This document shows, in pieces, positions 1 to 9,144 of a DNA stretch of 64,000 nucleotides. This DNA is from Nitrospirota bacterium (GTDB taxonomy: Bacteria; Nitrospirota; Nitrospiria; JACQBZ01). The translations under genes and the position numbers were made by a program. Numbering within the stretch: position 1 is the stretch's first letter; every line of letters begins with the position of its first letter. Below the pieces are notes generated by a model that was given only the letters and a program-made list of their open reading frames with translations, had not been told where the DNA came from and ran no database searches. The stretch lies in contig JACQFA010000008.1 of NCBI GenBank assembly GCA_016200255.1, positions 561 to 64,560 of the forward strand, read 5' to 3'.

Positions 1-1329
1 GTCGACTTCAATTACATCCGGCGCCTTGGCGTTATATTTCAAGGCCCGATCGGCCGCAATGACGTTGAAGCTCTTCACCGGCGCATCCGCCGGGCAGACC
101 GACTTCGCCGAGGCCGGAATCTCATCCCGCCCCGGAAGCTTCTTCAGGTCGGGAACTTCCTTATCCAACACCCGGAAGATCCCCCAGCTCCCCTCCGAGA
201 AGTGGGAGGGACGGCCGTCAAAGTGAAGATAATCCCCGGCCATCTGCTGAGGCCCTCCGGCCTTGCTCACCAGGTCGTATCGCTCCGCGATCCCGACATG
301 GTACGCATTCCTGAAATCGGAATGCTCGGCATACCGCTCCGTCCTAAAGGCATGACCCGAAAGGTGCCAGGTATGGCTCTCGTTCATCATCACATGCAAC
401 AGACGAAAGACCACCGTGTCGCCCAGGTAGGCCCGCAGTAGCGGTGTTCCCGGATCCTGCCCATGGACCTTGGTCGAAAAAACCAGGGACGGATCCGGAT
501 TGAACTTGAGTCGTTTTGCGATCGACTCCGCGCGGAAGAAGAATCCTCCACCGGTCGTGTGAGTCCCGCCGTTGAGCATCGGAACCGAGACCAGGTCCAG
601 ATCATAGGGCATCTGGAAGAACAGCGCCTGACCGGCGTCGATGGCCGCCTTGACCGTCTGACCCGGAGGATTTCCGGCCGTGACGACCTGCGCGGTATAC
701 GGCACCGTGTCATTAAGATATTGAACCATCTCGCGGAAACTGCCGTTCACGCCGTAGCCGACCGGTTCCGAGGTATGGATATCGGCGATCGGGCCGCTCC
801 GGATTTCCTTACCGGTCTTCGGATCATGATAGGTCGAACCATACGGCTCGACGATGTTGCCGCCCACCGCGCCATGCGGCCAGGTGGTGCCGCCGAGCGC
901 ATGGTCGTGCCAGAAGACGGTCCCCAGATCGACGTCCACCCAGTAGCGGTACCGGACGAACTCGACCGAGGCGATCTCGCCTTTCTTATGCGCATGCTTC
1001 AAGGGCTCGCCGAAAATCAGCGTATCGCCTTTTATATCCTTGATCCAGCGAACCTCGGAGGTCTTCACCTCGTGCATCCCGATCATGATGTCGGTGCCGA
1101 CATGGTACTTCGTCGCGCCTTCCGCCATCTGGATCTTGATCGAGGCCGCGCCGGCCTTGACATCCTCCGTCAGATGGGAGTTCATCGGCACCGGAAGCCC
1201 CGCGTGCTTGTCCTTTTTGAACTGCGTGAACGGCCGCACCGACATTTCATAGGCAAAACTGGTGATCACGCCGTCGGAGGCGTTGTTGTCGAACTGCATG
1301 AAGTGCGGGTGGATATTGATCTTCGACAT
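1..1329 (-). CDS. Multicopper-oxidase-like protein, N-terminal 443 codons (the C-terminus lies beyond the window's 5' edge). It begins MSKINIHPHFMQFDN and overlaps the 3' end of the upstream MCO ORF by 64 nt in another frame.
   Basis: The minus-strand frame was translated by hand from 1329 to position 1 and is open and protein-like throughout. It carries His-rich copper-site-like motifs (FWHDHALGGTTWPHG and HTWHLSGH, the latter resembling the MCO HxxHxH motif). No Shine-Dalgarno sequence precedes any candidate start. The plus-strand ORFs called over this region (26..226, 202..441, 463..1386) are antisense artefacts. Confidence 0.6.
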   Translation of the reverse strand, partial: MSKINIHPHFMQFDNNASDGVITSFAYEMSVRPFTQFKKDKHAGLPVPMNSHLTEDVKAGAASIKIQMAEGATKYHVGTDIMIGMHEVKTSEVRWIKDIKGDTLIFGEPLKHAHKKGEIASVEFVRYRYWVDVDLGTVFWHDHALGGTTWPHGAVGGNIVEPYGSTYHDPKTGKEIRSGPIADIHTSEPVGYGVNGSFREMVQYLNDTVPYTAQVVTAGNPPGQTVKAAIDAGQALFFQMPYDLDLVSVPMLNGGTHTTGGGFFFRAESIAKRLKFNPDPSLVFSTKVHGQDPGTPLLRAYLGDTVVFRLLHVMMNESHTWHLSGHAFRTERYAEHSDFRNAYHVGIAERYDLVSKAGGPQQMAGDYLHFDGRPSHFSEGSWGIFRVLDKEVPDLKKLPGRDEIPASAKSVCPADAPVKSFNVIAADRALKYNAKAPDVIEVD

Positions 1330-3779
1330 CTGGAAGTTCGTGGTGTCTTGGCCCGAACCGCGGCCTCCTCCTCATGCAGAACGTAGATTGTCCCGTGCTG
1401 ATCCACCACGGCCTTCTCTTTCCCGACCGCGTTATTCATCGTGATCGGCGTTTCAATGAAGTGGATCGTGTACTGCTTGCGACCCGCGTTGGCCGGACAG
1501 AGACTCCATTTTCCCTGCTCGCCCGGCCGTGCCGGCTGGTTCGTTTCACCGCCTGCCACACCGAGACCGCCCGGTTCATCTCCAATGGCCCCCGTGTTCT
1601 TATCCATATGGATCGGCTCTAACCACGGCGCCGGCCCATGATGCCGCGCAAACGGAATCCGTTTTCCAAAGTGCGGCTTGAAGAACGGATTGGCCAGCTT
1701 TCCGGTCTTTGCATCGAACAGGATCGGAGGCCGTTTTCCCGGCATCGGCGATTTATATTTCGGGTTGTCGAATGCCTGAGTCGCTTCCGGCTCACCCATC
1801 GCCTTGTTCCCTTCCCAAGCCCAGTCCCAGACCGTCGAATCATACGCCTCGATCTGGCCCTTCTCATCCGCGGTGCCGCCCGGCTGACCGGACGGAGGAA
1901 GCATCATCTTGACCCAGTCCTTGATCGAAACATCCGGAATCGGCTTCGAGAAATCCGTCTTGTCCGCGGTGATGTTCCATTTCTTGTCGTACCAGTCCAT
2001 CGTCTTTCCGACCAACTGGTCCGAGGTCACGGCCGCCTTCATCCGGCCCTTCCGGTCCGGAAGTTCCTGCAACGACGGCATGGTATCGGTGCTGCCGAAG
2101 GGATAGTTTCCGGTCTGTAGCGTGTTATAACCGCGCCCGTAAGACCACATTCCGGCGACATAGTGATGCGCCACGTGGCAGTGGAAAAGATATTCGGACG
2201 CGACCTGCTGGCAGAGGCCCCAGCCGCATTCGGTCTGAAGATCCAGAACTTCCGACGGACCGATCACTTCGACATCCACCCGGTCGGAGGTCGTACGGAC
2301 CTCCGGGTACTTCACCGGGCCGTTGCTGGCCGCGGTCATAATGAAGTCCGCCTTGCCGTCGGCCTTCGGCTGACGGAGCCAGCGGATCGACCCGCCATGA
2401 GGATGATGGGAATGGAACACCTCCCCGCCGCCATGAATCAGCCGCCATTTGGCCGGATCGCCCAGATAGCCCCTCGGAATCGGGGTCGGGACATCGCCGA
2501 AGGTGTAGGAGCTGTAGGCCATCGATTCGTCTTCAAAATGGAAATATTTCTCTTGTAGCGCGAGGTTATTGATCCCGAACGGCTCGCTGCGATAGTTGAG
2601 CGCCCGTGCGGAAGGCCGGTAGGCGTCGGTGTTCGGATCGCGCTGCGGGATCATATCGCCCTGGCGGTTCAGCGGGCGGAAGGATTCATCCCCGATCTCA
2701 TGATAGAAGATGACATACTCCCGGAAGTCGGGGAGGACCTTCGGGTGATCCGTGATCATCATCTGCCAGCCGCTCTTCGCCTCTTTCCCGCTGATCGGAT
2801 CGAGATAACGCGACCCCATTGGTTCGACGATGAAGGCTCCGATCATTCCCAGACTCGCCTGCTCCCGGCCGACATGGCTGTGAAGCATGTGGGAGCCTTC
2901 CTGCTCGTCGGGCCGGATGTACCATTCGAAGGTCTGGCTTTTCCCGGGCTTCACGGTCGAATCCGAATTCGCCGCGGTAGCCGCAAGACCGGTCGACTTG
3001 ATGATCATGCTGGATCCATGGATATGAAGGCCGACATCTTCGTCCTTCAGTTTGTTCTGAAGGGTGATCACCACACAATCCCCCTGGTTTCCGCGGAGGA
3101 CGATCGGCTGGATCATGTCGGTCTGAAGACCGGTGGTAACGGCCCCCTGATTATATCCCGACGCTTTACGGGCCTCCCGGTTGGCTTTCTCTTCATCCCG
3201 GACCTTCTGGAGGTTTTCGGTCAGGACATACATGTAGCCGGGATGGTAATCCAGCCACTGATTCAACGTGATTTCCACATTGACCGCCGAGACATCGTAC
3301 TGTTTCACCGGGGCGCCGCTTGGACAATGACCGCCAGCCGTCACCGACTCGCCCGCGGGCGCGGGACCGAGAAAGTAACTCTTGTCCATCTGCTGCATCA
3401 TGCTCATGCTGCTGAAGGGCCCCTGACCACCGGTGTGGGCCGCGTGCTCGTTGCCCCCCTTGGCGATCTCGTCCATCAGTTTCTGCATCGCCGCGTTCAC
3501 CTGGTCCTCATGGCCGGCGCGGCCTTCTTCCACATCTTCCCGTGCAATCTGTTCCTTGAATTTTTCCTTCCATTCCGGCGGCGTCTGCGAATCGGCAGAA
3601 GCCACCTGCAGATGCGGATGATCCTCCCCCGCCGTTGCCGTCGGAAGCAAAAGACCGCCCCCGGCAAGCGATGTCAGAAAGGATACGGCGATGAGCGATG
3701 CCGCTTTCCTAAACCATTCGAAGTACGATCTCTTCATGACTGACCTCCTCCTTATATTCCCGTGATAGGGTTGGTTCAC
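1266..3779 (-). CDS. Secreted three-domain multicopper oxidase with a roughly 250-aa N-terminal extension. The likely true start is the ATG at 3737 (MKRSYFEW...), preceded by AAGGAGGAGG.
   Basis: All four MCO copper motifs occur in canonical order: HIHG, HMLHSH, HSHHPHGG and HCHVAHHYVAGMW. There is an N-terminal hydrophobic signal peptide. The last roughly 25 residues (RTSRCRRSISTRTSCSSTTTPPTA) are compositionally non-protein-like, which is suspicious. Confidence 0.8.
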   Translation of the reverse strand: MNQPYHGNIRRRSVMKRSYFEWFRKAASLIAVSFLTSLAGGGLLLPTATAGEDHPHLQVASADSQTPPEWKEKFKEQIAREDVEEGRAGHEDQVNAAMQKLMDEIAKGGNEHAAHTGGQGPFSSMSMMQQMDKSYFLGPAPAGESVTAGGHCPSGAPVKQYDVSAVNVEITLNQWLDYHPGYMYVLTENLQKVRDEEKANREARKASGYNQGAVTTGLQTDMIQPIVLRGNQGDCVVITLQNKLKDEDVGLHIHGSSMIIKSTGLAATAANSDSTVKPGKSQTFEWYIRPDEQEGSHMLHSHVGREQASLGMIGAFIVEPMGSRYLDPISGKEAKSGWQMMITDHPKVLPDFREYVIFYHEIGDESFRPLNRQGDMIPQRDPNTDAYRPSARALNYRSEPFGINNLALQEKYFHFEDESMAYSSYTFGDVPTPIPRGYLGDPAKWRLIHGGGEVFHSHHPHGGSIRWLRQPKADGKADFIMTAASNGPVKYPEVRTTSDRVDVEVIGPSEVLDLQTECGWGLCQQVASEYLFHCHVAHHYVAGMWSYGRGYNTLQTGNYPFGSTDTMPSLQELPDRKGRMKAAVTSDQLVGKTMDWYDKKWNITADKTDFSKPIPDVSIKDWVKMMLPPSGQPGGTADEKGQIEAYDSTVWDWAWEGNKAMGEPEATQAFDNPKYKSPMPGKRPPILFDAKTGKLANPFFKPHFGKRIPFARHHGPAPWLEPIHMDKNTGAIGDEPGGLGVAGGETNQPARPGEQGKWSLCPANAGRKQYTIHFIETPITMNNAVGKEKAVVDQHGTIYVLHEEEAAVRAKTPRTSRCRRSISTRTSCSSTTTPPTA

Positions 3780-3799
3780 TTCCTCTTATTCTTTTTCAA

Positions 3800-4135
3800 T
3801 TACTTCAGCACGGCGGACATCAGATCTTCCACCGTGGCATTTTTGATTCTCGTCTTGTCGTAAATCGTGAGTTGATTCGCTTCCAGGGTGCAATGGACAA
3901 CCCGCGCGTGGTACCGCGAAACCAGTTCCTGCAAGAGCGCCTGCTCCTCCGCGCCGGACGTTTCTCTGAAATCGACCACCACGTCCGGCTTGAACGTTTC
4001 GCATTTGTCGATCGCCGCCTTCACGTCCGCCACCTTTTCAATCACCAGATGCTCCTTCTGATCGTCCAACAGGCTGACGATCCCGGTCCCGAACAACGAT
4101 TGAGTCGTAATTAATAAGAGCCGCCGCTTTTCCAC
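3800..4135 (-). CDS. Small hypothetical protein with a degenerate CheY/receiver-like fold, co-oriented between the response regulator and the MCO genes.
   Basis: 111-aa ORF whose stop lies 21 nt upstream of the MCO ORF. It shows an alternating hydrophobic beta / alpha pattern with a KPDVVVDF segment resembling the receiver phospho-Asp strand, but lacks the N-terminal acidic pair. Confidence 0.35.
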   Translation of the reverse strand: MEKRRLLLITTQSLFGTGIVSLLDDQKEHLVIEKVADVKAAIDKCETFKPDVVVDFRETSGAEEQALLQELVSRYHARVVHCTLEANQLTIYDKTRIKNATVEDLMSAVLK

Positions 4136-4282
4136 AACATCCCCTCATGGAGCCTGTCAGCCTGCAACTTACTCTGAATCAAAAGCGCTGTCTATTCCGC
4201 GGATGGTCTATTTTGAATGGAAAAAGGAGGTATTCGGATATAGCTCTTTTGGACTATACGGAAACCGGAAAACCGGGATTCA

Positions 4283-4960
4283 TTAATTTTTATGGAGGGG
4301 CTTTTGATTCACGAGGCCTTGTTCGTGGGCGTAGATGGCGGCCTGTATGCGGTTGTTCATATGGAGCTTTTTGAGGATATTCTTGAGATGGATCTTGACC
4401 GTGTGCTCGGAAATGCAAAGCGTGCCGGCGATCTCCTTATTGCTGCCGCCCTTGGCCAGGTGTTGGAGAATTTCATGTTCGCGTTTTGTCAGGAGGTTCA
4501 ACTTGGATTCCGCAGGCGCATCCATTTTGTGGGCGACGCTGCTGAATTCGTTAAGCAGCTTTGAGGCCATCGCGTGGGGAATCACGGCCTCGCCCTCGGC
4601 CAGAAGATGGATGGCCTTGATCAGTTGGTCGGGTTCCACATTTTTAAGCAGATAGCCACGAGCCCCGGCCTTGATGGCCGAGAACAGATCCTCGTCCTCC
4701 TCCGAGACGGTCAGCATAATAATGCGGGCATCGGGAAAAATTTCCCGGATGGCCCGGGTGGCTTGGATTCCGTTCAGGCGGGGCATATTGACGTCCATCA
4801 GGATGACGTCGGGCTTGAGGGTTTGGGCTAGCCGAAGGCCCTCTTCGCCGTCTTTGGCCTCCCCCACCACCTCGATGCCTTTCTGCTGCTTCAGAAGACT
4901 GGCGAGACCTTTCCGAAACAGCGTATGGTCATCCACGATGAGAACTTTGATCGGAGCCAT
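4283..4960 (-). CDS. NarL/FixJ-family response regulator (receiver domain plus LuxR-type helix-turn-helix).
   Basis: KVLIVDDH...PDVILMDVNMP receiver motifs and a C-terminal LTKREHEILQHLAKGGSNKEIAGTLCISEHTVKIHLKNIL LuxR HTH. Confidence 0.9.
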   Translation of the reverse strand: MAPIKVLIVDDHTLFRKGLASLLKQQKGIEVVGEAKDGEEGLRLAQTLKPDVILMDVNMPRLNGIQATRAIREIFPDARIIMLTVSEEDEDLFSAIKAGARGYLLKNVEPDQLIKAIHLLAEGEAVIPHAMASKLLNEFSSVAHKMDAPAESKLNLLTKREHEILQHLAKGGSNKEIAGTLCISEHTVKIHLKNILKKLHMNNRIQAAIYAHEQGLVNQKPLHKN

Positions 4961-4963
4961 CGA

Positions 4964-6175
4964 TTATTCCTCGGCCGCGTCGAGCGGAACGGCGACGCGT
5001 ACCGTCATCCCGTCGCCCAGCCGGGACTCCAGGTCGAGTTTTCCTTTCAGGCCGGCGATCCGCTCCCGCATGATCTCCAGTCCCATGCGCGGCTGCTTCT
5101 GTTTCTGAAGCGTCTGCGGATCAAAGCCGCGGCCGTCATCCTGGACAGAAACCTCAAGAACACCCCGGGTGACGGATAGGGAGATCTTGACCTGCCTCGC
5201 CGAGGCATGCTTTCGCACGTTGGAGAGAGCCTCTTGAATGATCCGGAATAACTGGACCTGAACCCTGGATGTCAGCACCAGACCGTCGGAGGAGTTGTGA
5301 AGGTGAGCCTGAATTCCGGTCCGTTGGCTGAAATCCTTCGCATAGTCGGACAAGACAGCAAGGAAGTCCTTATCTTCCTTGAATTTCGTCCTGAAATCCA
5401 CGAGAAGTTCCCGTACATCTTCATACGTATCGTTGATCACCTGACGGATCTGGCCTAATTCCGAAAGGGCCTGCGACGGAGCGTTCTTTTTCAACAGGTC
5501 TTCCAGCTTTTTGGTTTCCAGATTCAGATACGCCAGGTTCTGCGCGATGCCGTCATGGATCTCCCGTGCGATCAGGTTCCGCTCTTCCATAACAGCCAGT
5601 TCGCGGGCCCCCGCATAGAGCTGGGCGTTTTCAATCGCCACGCCGATCTGCCGTCCCACGAGAACAAGAAACTCCTGGTCCATGGTCTTAAACGCATGGG
5701 GACGTTTCGCATAAATCGTCATGATCCCCAGCACGCGGTCCCTCGATTTCAGCGGAATGCTGACGACCGACCCGAACGGTTCGTCCCGGCAGGCGGATCG
5801 GGTCAGGCGAATTTCGGCCGACAGGTCGGGCGATGAGATCAGTTCCCCGCTCTGGGCCACCCGGCCGCAGAGGCAGTCGCCGACCGGAATGCAGTTCTCC
5901 GCATAGACAAAACCCTGGGAGATCCCGCGGCTCGAGATCAGCTTCAACTGATGGGTCTTCGATTCAAGGATATGGACCGAGCCGATATCCGCTCCGGTCA
6001 GTTCCAAAAGTTGGTCCAGCGTTCCGCCGAGCGCCTTGTCTAGACGGCCCGTCTGGCTGATGACGGCCGACAGCTGGCTGAGCGTCGAAAATTGTGCGTT
6101 TCTCCGATGGAGAATCTCGGCCGGATCGGTCCGAGGGGTAGATTTCAAGGGCTTCACGATACGTCCCTTTCCCAT
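4964..6175 (-). CDS. Sensor histidine kinase with an N-terminal GAF domain and a NarX/DegS-type (HisKA_3) kinase core.
   Basis: The H-box EIHDGIAQNLAYLNLE and a C-terminal HATPase_c (DDGRGFD, GLGL-like segment). Its stop overlaps the response-regulator start (TAA-TCG-ATG). Confidence 0.85.
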   Translation of the reverse strand: MGKGRIVKPLKSTPRTDPAEILHRRNAQFSTLSQLSAVISQTGRLDKALGGTLDQLLELTGADIGSVHILESKTHQLKLISSRGISQGFVYAENCIPVGDCLCGRVAQSGELISSPDLSAEIRLTRSACRDEPFGSVVSIPLKSRDRVLGIMTIYAKRPHAFKTMDQEFLVLVGRQIGVAIENAQLYAGARELAVMEERNLIAREIHDGIAQNLAYLNLETKKLEDLLKKNAPSQALSELGQIRQVINDTYEDVRELLVDFRTKFKEDKDFLAVLSDYAKDFSQRTGIQAHLHNSSDGLVLTSRVQVQLFRIIQEALSNVRKHASARQVKISLSVTRGVLEVSVQDDGRGFDPQTLQKQKQPRMGLEIMRERIAGLKGKLDLESRLGDGMTVRVAVPLDAAEE

Positions 6176-6235
6176 TGATGATTTCCCATTGTACCGGGAT
6201 TTTCGAAAAGAATCAAAAACCCATTGTGGGATCGA

Positions 6236-7270
6236 TTACGGCCGACCGGATTGGTGGACGATTTCGACGACGGCCGCGACATTTTCGACCGGCGTTTCGG
6301 GCAGTATGCCGTGGCCGAGGTTGAAGATATGACCGGGCCGGTTCGCCGCGCGCTTGAGGATGTCCTCCACACGGCGTTCGATCTCCTGGACCGCCCCGAA
6401 CAGTACGACCGGATCGAGATTCCCCTGGATGGCAACATCGTGGCCCAACCGCTTCCAGGCGTCATCTAAATTGATCCGCCAATCCACACCGATCACATCC
6501 CCGCCGGCCTCGCGCATCGATTCCAGAAAACCGGACGTCCCCGTCCCGAAATGAATCACCGGCACGTTTTCCTTTTTCAAGCCGTCCATCATCCGTCGTG
6601 AATAGGGCATGACATATTCGCGATAATCCCCGGGGCTCAGACTGCCGACCCAGGAATCGAAGATCTGGACCGCCTGCGCCCCGGCCCGTATCTGGGCGCG
6701 AAGATAGGAGGCCATCATATCGGCCAGCTTGGTCATCAGCTCCTTCCAGAGTTCCGGTGAATGGAGCATCATCTGTTTGGTCCGGATATAATGGTTGGAG
6801 TGGCCGCCCTCGATCATGTAGCTGGCCAGCGTGAAGGGCGCGCCGCAAAACCCGATCAGCGGGACCTTTCCGTTTAATTCACGACGGACGGTCCGGATCG
6901 CCTCCATCACGAACGGCGTCTTTTCGTCCGGCTCGAACGGCTGGAGTGCCTTGACGGCCGCGGCGTCGCGCACCGGATTATGGATCACCGGCCCCTCGCC
7001 CTTTGCAAACTCCAATTGAATTCCCATCGGCTCAAGCGGAAGAAGGATGTCGGCAAAGATGATCGCAGCGTCGAGATCGAAATGTTCGATCGGCTGGAGG
7101 GTGACTTGCGCGGCCAATTCGGGCGTCTTGCAGATCGTCAGTATGGAATGCTTTTTCCGGATTGCCCGGTACTCCTTCATGTACCGCCCGGCCTGGCGCA
7201 TGAACCAGACCGGCGTGCAGTCCGTCTGTTTTCGCTGACAGGCTAAAAGAAATCGATCGCTTCGGCTCAT
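6236..7270 (-). CDS. hemE: Uroporphyrinogen decarboxylase.
   Basis: N-terminal signature PVWFMRQAGRY and typical length (344 aa). Confidence 0.9.
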   Translation of the reverse strand: MSRSDRFLLACQRKQTDCTPVWFMRQAGRYMKEYRAIRKKHSILTICKTPELAAQVTLQPIEHFDLDAAIIFADILLPLEPMGIQLEFAKGEGPVIHNPVRDAAAVKALQPFEPDEKTPFVMEAIRTVRRELNGKVPLIGFCGAPFTLASYMIEGGHSNHYIRTKQMMLHSPELWKELMTKLADMMASYLRAQIRAGAQAVQIFDSWVGSLSPGDYREYVMPYSRRMMDGLKKENVPVIHFGTGTSGFLESMREAGGDVIGVDWRINLDDAWKRLGHDVAIQGNLDPVVLFGAVQEIERRVEDILKRAANRPGHIFNLGHGILPETPVENVAAVVEIVHQSGRP

Positions 7271-7383
7271 TCCGTCATCCCGTGATTAAAAGAGTATTAT
7301 TTTATCAACACATCGTCGAGGTGTCAAATTATTTAACCATCCTACCGATTGACTCCCGACGCCGTGTGTGTTAAATCATAGCC

Positions 7384-8292
7384 ATGACGCGATCATCTCA
7401 AGAGGTTCGAGTCGAGGAGCGTTTCTGGACGCTGGATGAGGCGTTTGGGTATTGCGACCGCTTGGCTGCGGCCCATTATGAAAATTTTCCGGTCGGCTCG
7501 CGGTTCGTTCCGAAAAAACTCCGGCCGTATGTCCACAGCATCTATGCCTTCGCGCGGATCGCGGATGATTTTGCGGACGAGCCGGACACCCTCGACAACC
7601 TCCGCCTGGCTTTTTTGGAAAACTGGGAAGGCCAGCTGCTCCAATGCATCTGGCGGACGCCGCAGCACCCCGTCTTTATCGCGCTGAAAGAAACGATCCG
7701 GAAATTCGATCTGCCCGTCGCGCTGTTTCAGGATCTGCTGATGGCCTTCAAAATGGACGTCACGACGAAGAGGCACGACCGGTTCGAGGATCTTCTTGCC
7801 TACTGCCGAAACTCGGCCAATCCGGTCGGGCGTCTCGTTCTGCTTCTGTTCGGCTATCGTGATCCGGAACTCCATGCGCTTTCGGACTCGATCTGCTCCG
7901 CGCTTCAACTGGCCAATTTCTGGCAGGACGTGGCGGTCGATTACCGGAAAAATCGGATCTATCTTCCCCTTGAGGACATGGCAAAATTCGGCTACCGGGA
8001 AGACGACTTGAAAAACAGCCGCCACAACGAAGCCTTTCGCAACCTGATGCGGCACGAAGTTGCGCGGACGCGGGAAATGTTTCATCGCGGTCATCCTCTC
8101 TGCGACAAGGTCGGCCGTGAACTGCGCTTTGAGCTCCATCTCATCTGGAACGGGGGAATGGCGATTCTGGACCGGGTCGAGCATGCCGACTACAATGTTT
8201 TTATTCATCGCCCCACCCTCGGATTGAAAGACAAGATCTCGATGGTGACGAAGGCCGCGATCGCCCGCTACGGCCGCCAGGGAAAATCATAG
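7384..8292 (+). CDS. hpnC: Squalene/phytoene-synthase-family protein, HpnC-like (hydroxysqualene synthase), first gene of an hpnCDE arrangement.
   Basis: AHYENFPVGSRF ... YAFARIADDFADE aspartate-rich trans-isoprenyl diphosphate synthase head-to-head motifs. It is followed by a paralogue and an amine-oxidase gene. Confidence 0.7.
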   Translation: MTRSSQEVRVEERFWTLDEAFGYCDRLAAAHYENFPVGSRFVPKKLRPYVHSIYAFARIADDFADEPDTLDNLRLAFLENWEGQLLQCIWRTPQHPVFIALKETIRKFDLPVALFQDLLMAFKMDVTTKRHDRFEDLLAYCRNSANPVGRLVLLLFGYRDPELHALSDSICSALQLANFWQDVAVDYRKNRIYLPLEDMAKFGYREDDLKNSRHNEAFRNLMRHEVARTREMFHRGHPLCDKVGRELRFELHLIWNGGMAILDRVEHADYNVFIHRPTLGLKDKISMVTKAAIARYGRQGKS

Positions 8293-8295
8293 GCC

Positions 8296-9144
8296 ATGCC
8301 GCTCCAGACTCCCCGCATGACCCATCGGAAGAGTAACTTCGGAATCTCATTTCTGTTTCTTCCCCGCCGCCAACGGGAGGCGATCGAGCGCGTTTACGCT
8401 TTTTGTCGCGCACTGGACGACGTTTCCGACAGCGCGCTGGGCCCGGAAGAGAAAAAACGGCAGTTGGAATTCTGGCGGAACGAGTTGGACCGTTGCTATG
8501 CCGAAAAGGCGGAACATCCGATCACGGTCGCTCTTCAAGAAACGGTTCAGGAATTTAATCTCACCCGGACCTACTTTGAAGAACTGACGCAGGGGGTCGA
8601 GATGGATTTCACCGTCACCCGATACTCGAGTTTCGTCACTCTTTCCCAGTACTGCTACCGCGTCGCGGGCACCGTCGGACTGATCTGCCTTGAGATCTTC
8701 GGCTGTCCGGGTGAAAAGGACTACGCGGTTGCGCTGGGCATCGCGTTTCAGGTCACGAATATCCTGAGGGACGTCAAGGATGACGCCGGGCATGGACGGA
8801 TCTACCTTCCTCAGGACGATTTCTTGCGTTTCGGCTACAGCGAAAACGAATTATTGAACTCAACCTACAACGACCGGTTTGTGGAATTGATGCGGTTCGA
8901 AGCCGAACGGGCCGGCGATTATTTCCGGCGGGCGGCGGACCTGATCAAGCCAGAACACCGACGGCAACTCATCGCCTCCGAGATCATGGCCGCGATCTAC
9001 TCGACCCTCCTTCGGGAGATTAAGATTGCCCGGTACAACGTCTTTGATCAACGCGTCCGACTCTCCAAACCGCGCAAAGTCGCACTGGCTTTAAAAACCG
9101 CGCTGATGAACCGGATCGGCATCGGCCGGGCGATTTCGATATGA
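8296..9144 (+). CDS. hpnD: Squalene/phytoene-synthase-family protein, HpnD-like (presqualene diphosphate synthase).
   Basis: YAFCRALDDVSD and DAGHGRIYLPQDD motifs, paralogous to the upstream ORF. The HpnC versus HpnD assignment rests on gene order only. Confidence 0.65.
   Translation: MPLQTPRMTHRKSNFGISFLFLPRRQREAIERVYAFCRALDDVSDSALGPEEKKRQLEFWRNELDRCYAEKAEHPITVALQETVQEFNLTRTYFEELTQGVEMDFTVTRYSSFVTLSQYCYRVAGTVGLICLEIFGCPGEKDYAVALGIAFQVTNILRDVKDDAGHGRIYLPQDDFLRFGYSENELLNSTYNDRFVELMRFEAERAGDYFRRAADLIKPEHRRQLIASEIMAAIYSTLLREIKIARYNVFDQRVRLSKPRKVALALKTALMNRIGIGRAISI

Noticed and set aside
463-1386. 307-aa plus-strand ORF (and 26..226, 202..441) over the oxidase region.
   Set aside because: Arg/Asp/His-rich and low-complexity, with no start context. 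It lies exactly antisense to the well-supported minus-strand MCO-like frame.
2700-3743. 347-aa plus-strand ORF inside the MCO1 locus.
   Set aside because: Antisense shadow ORF of a high-GC gene; the composition is typical of a wrong strand.
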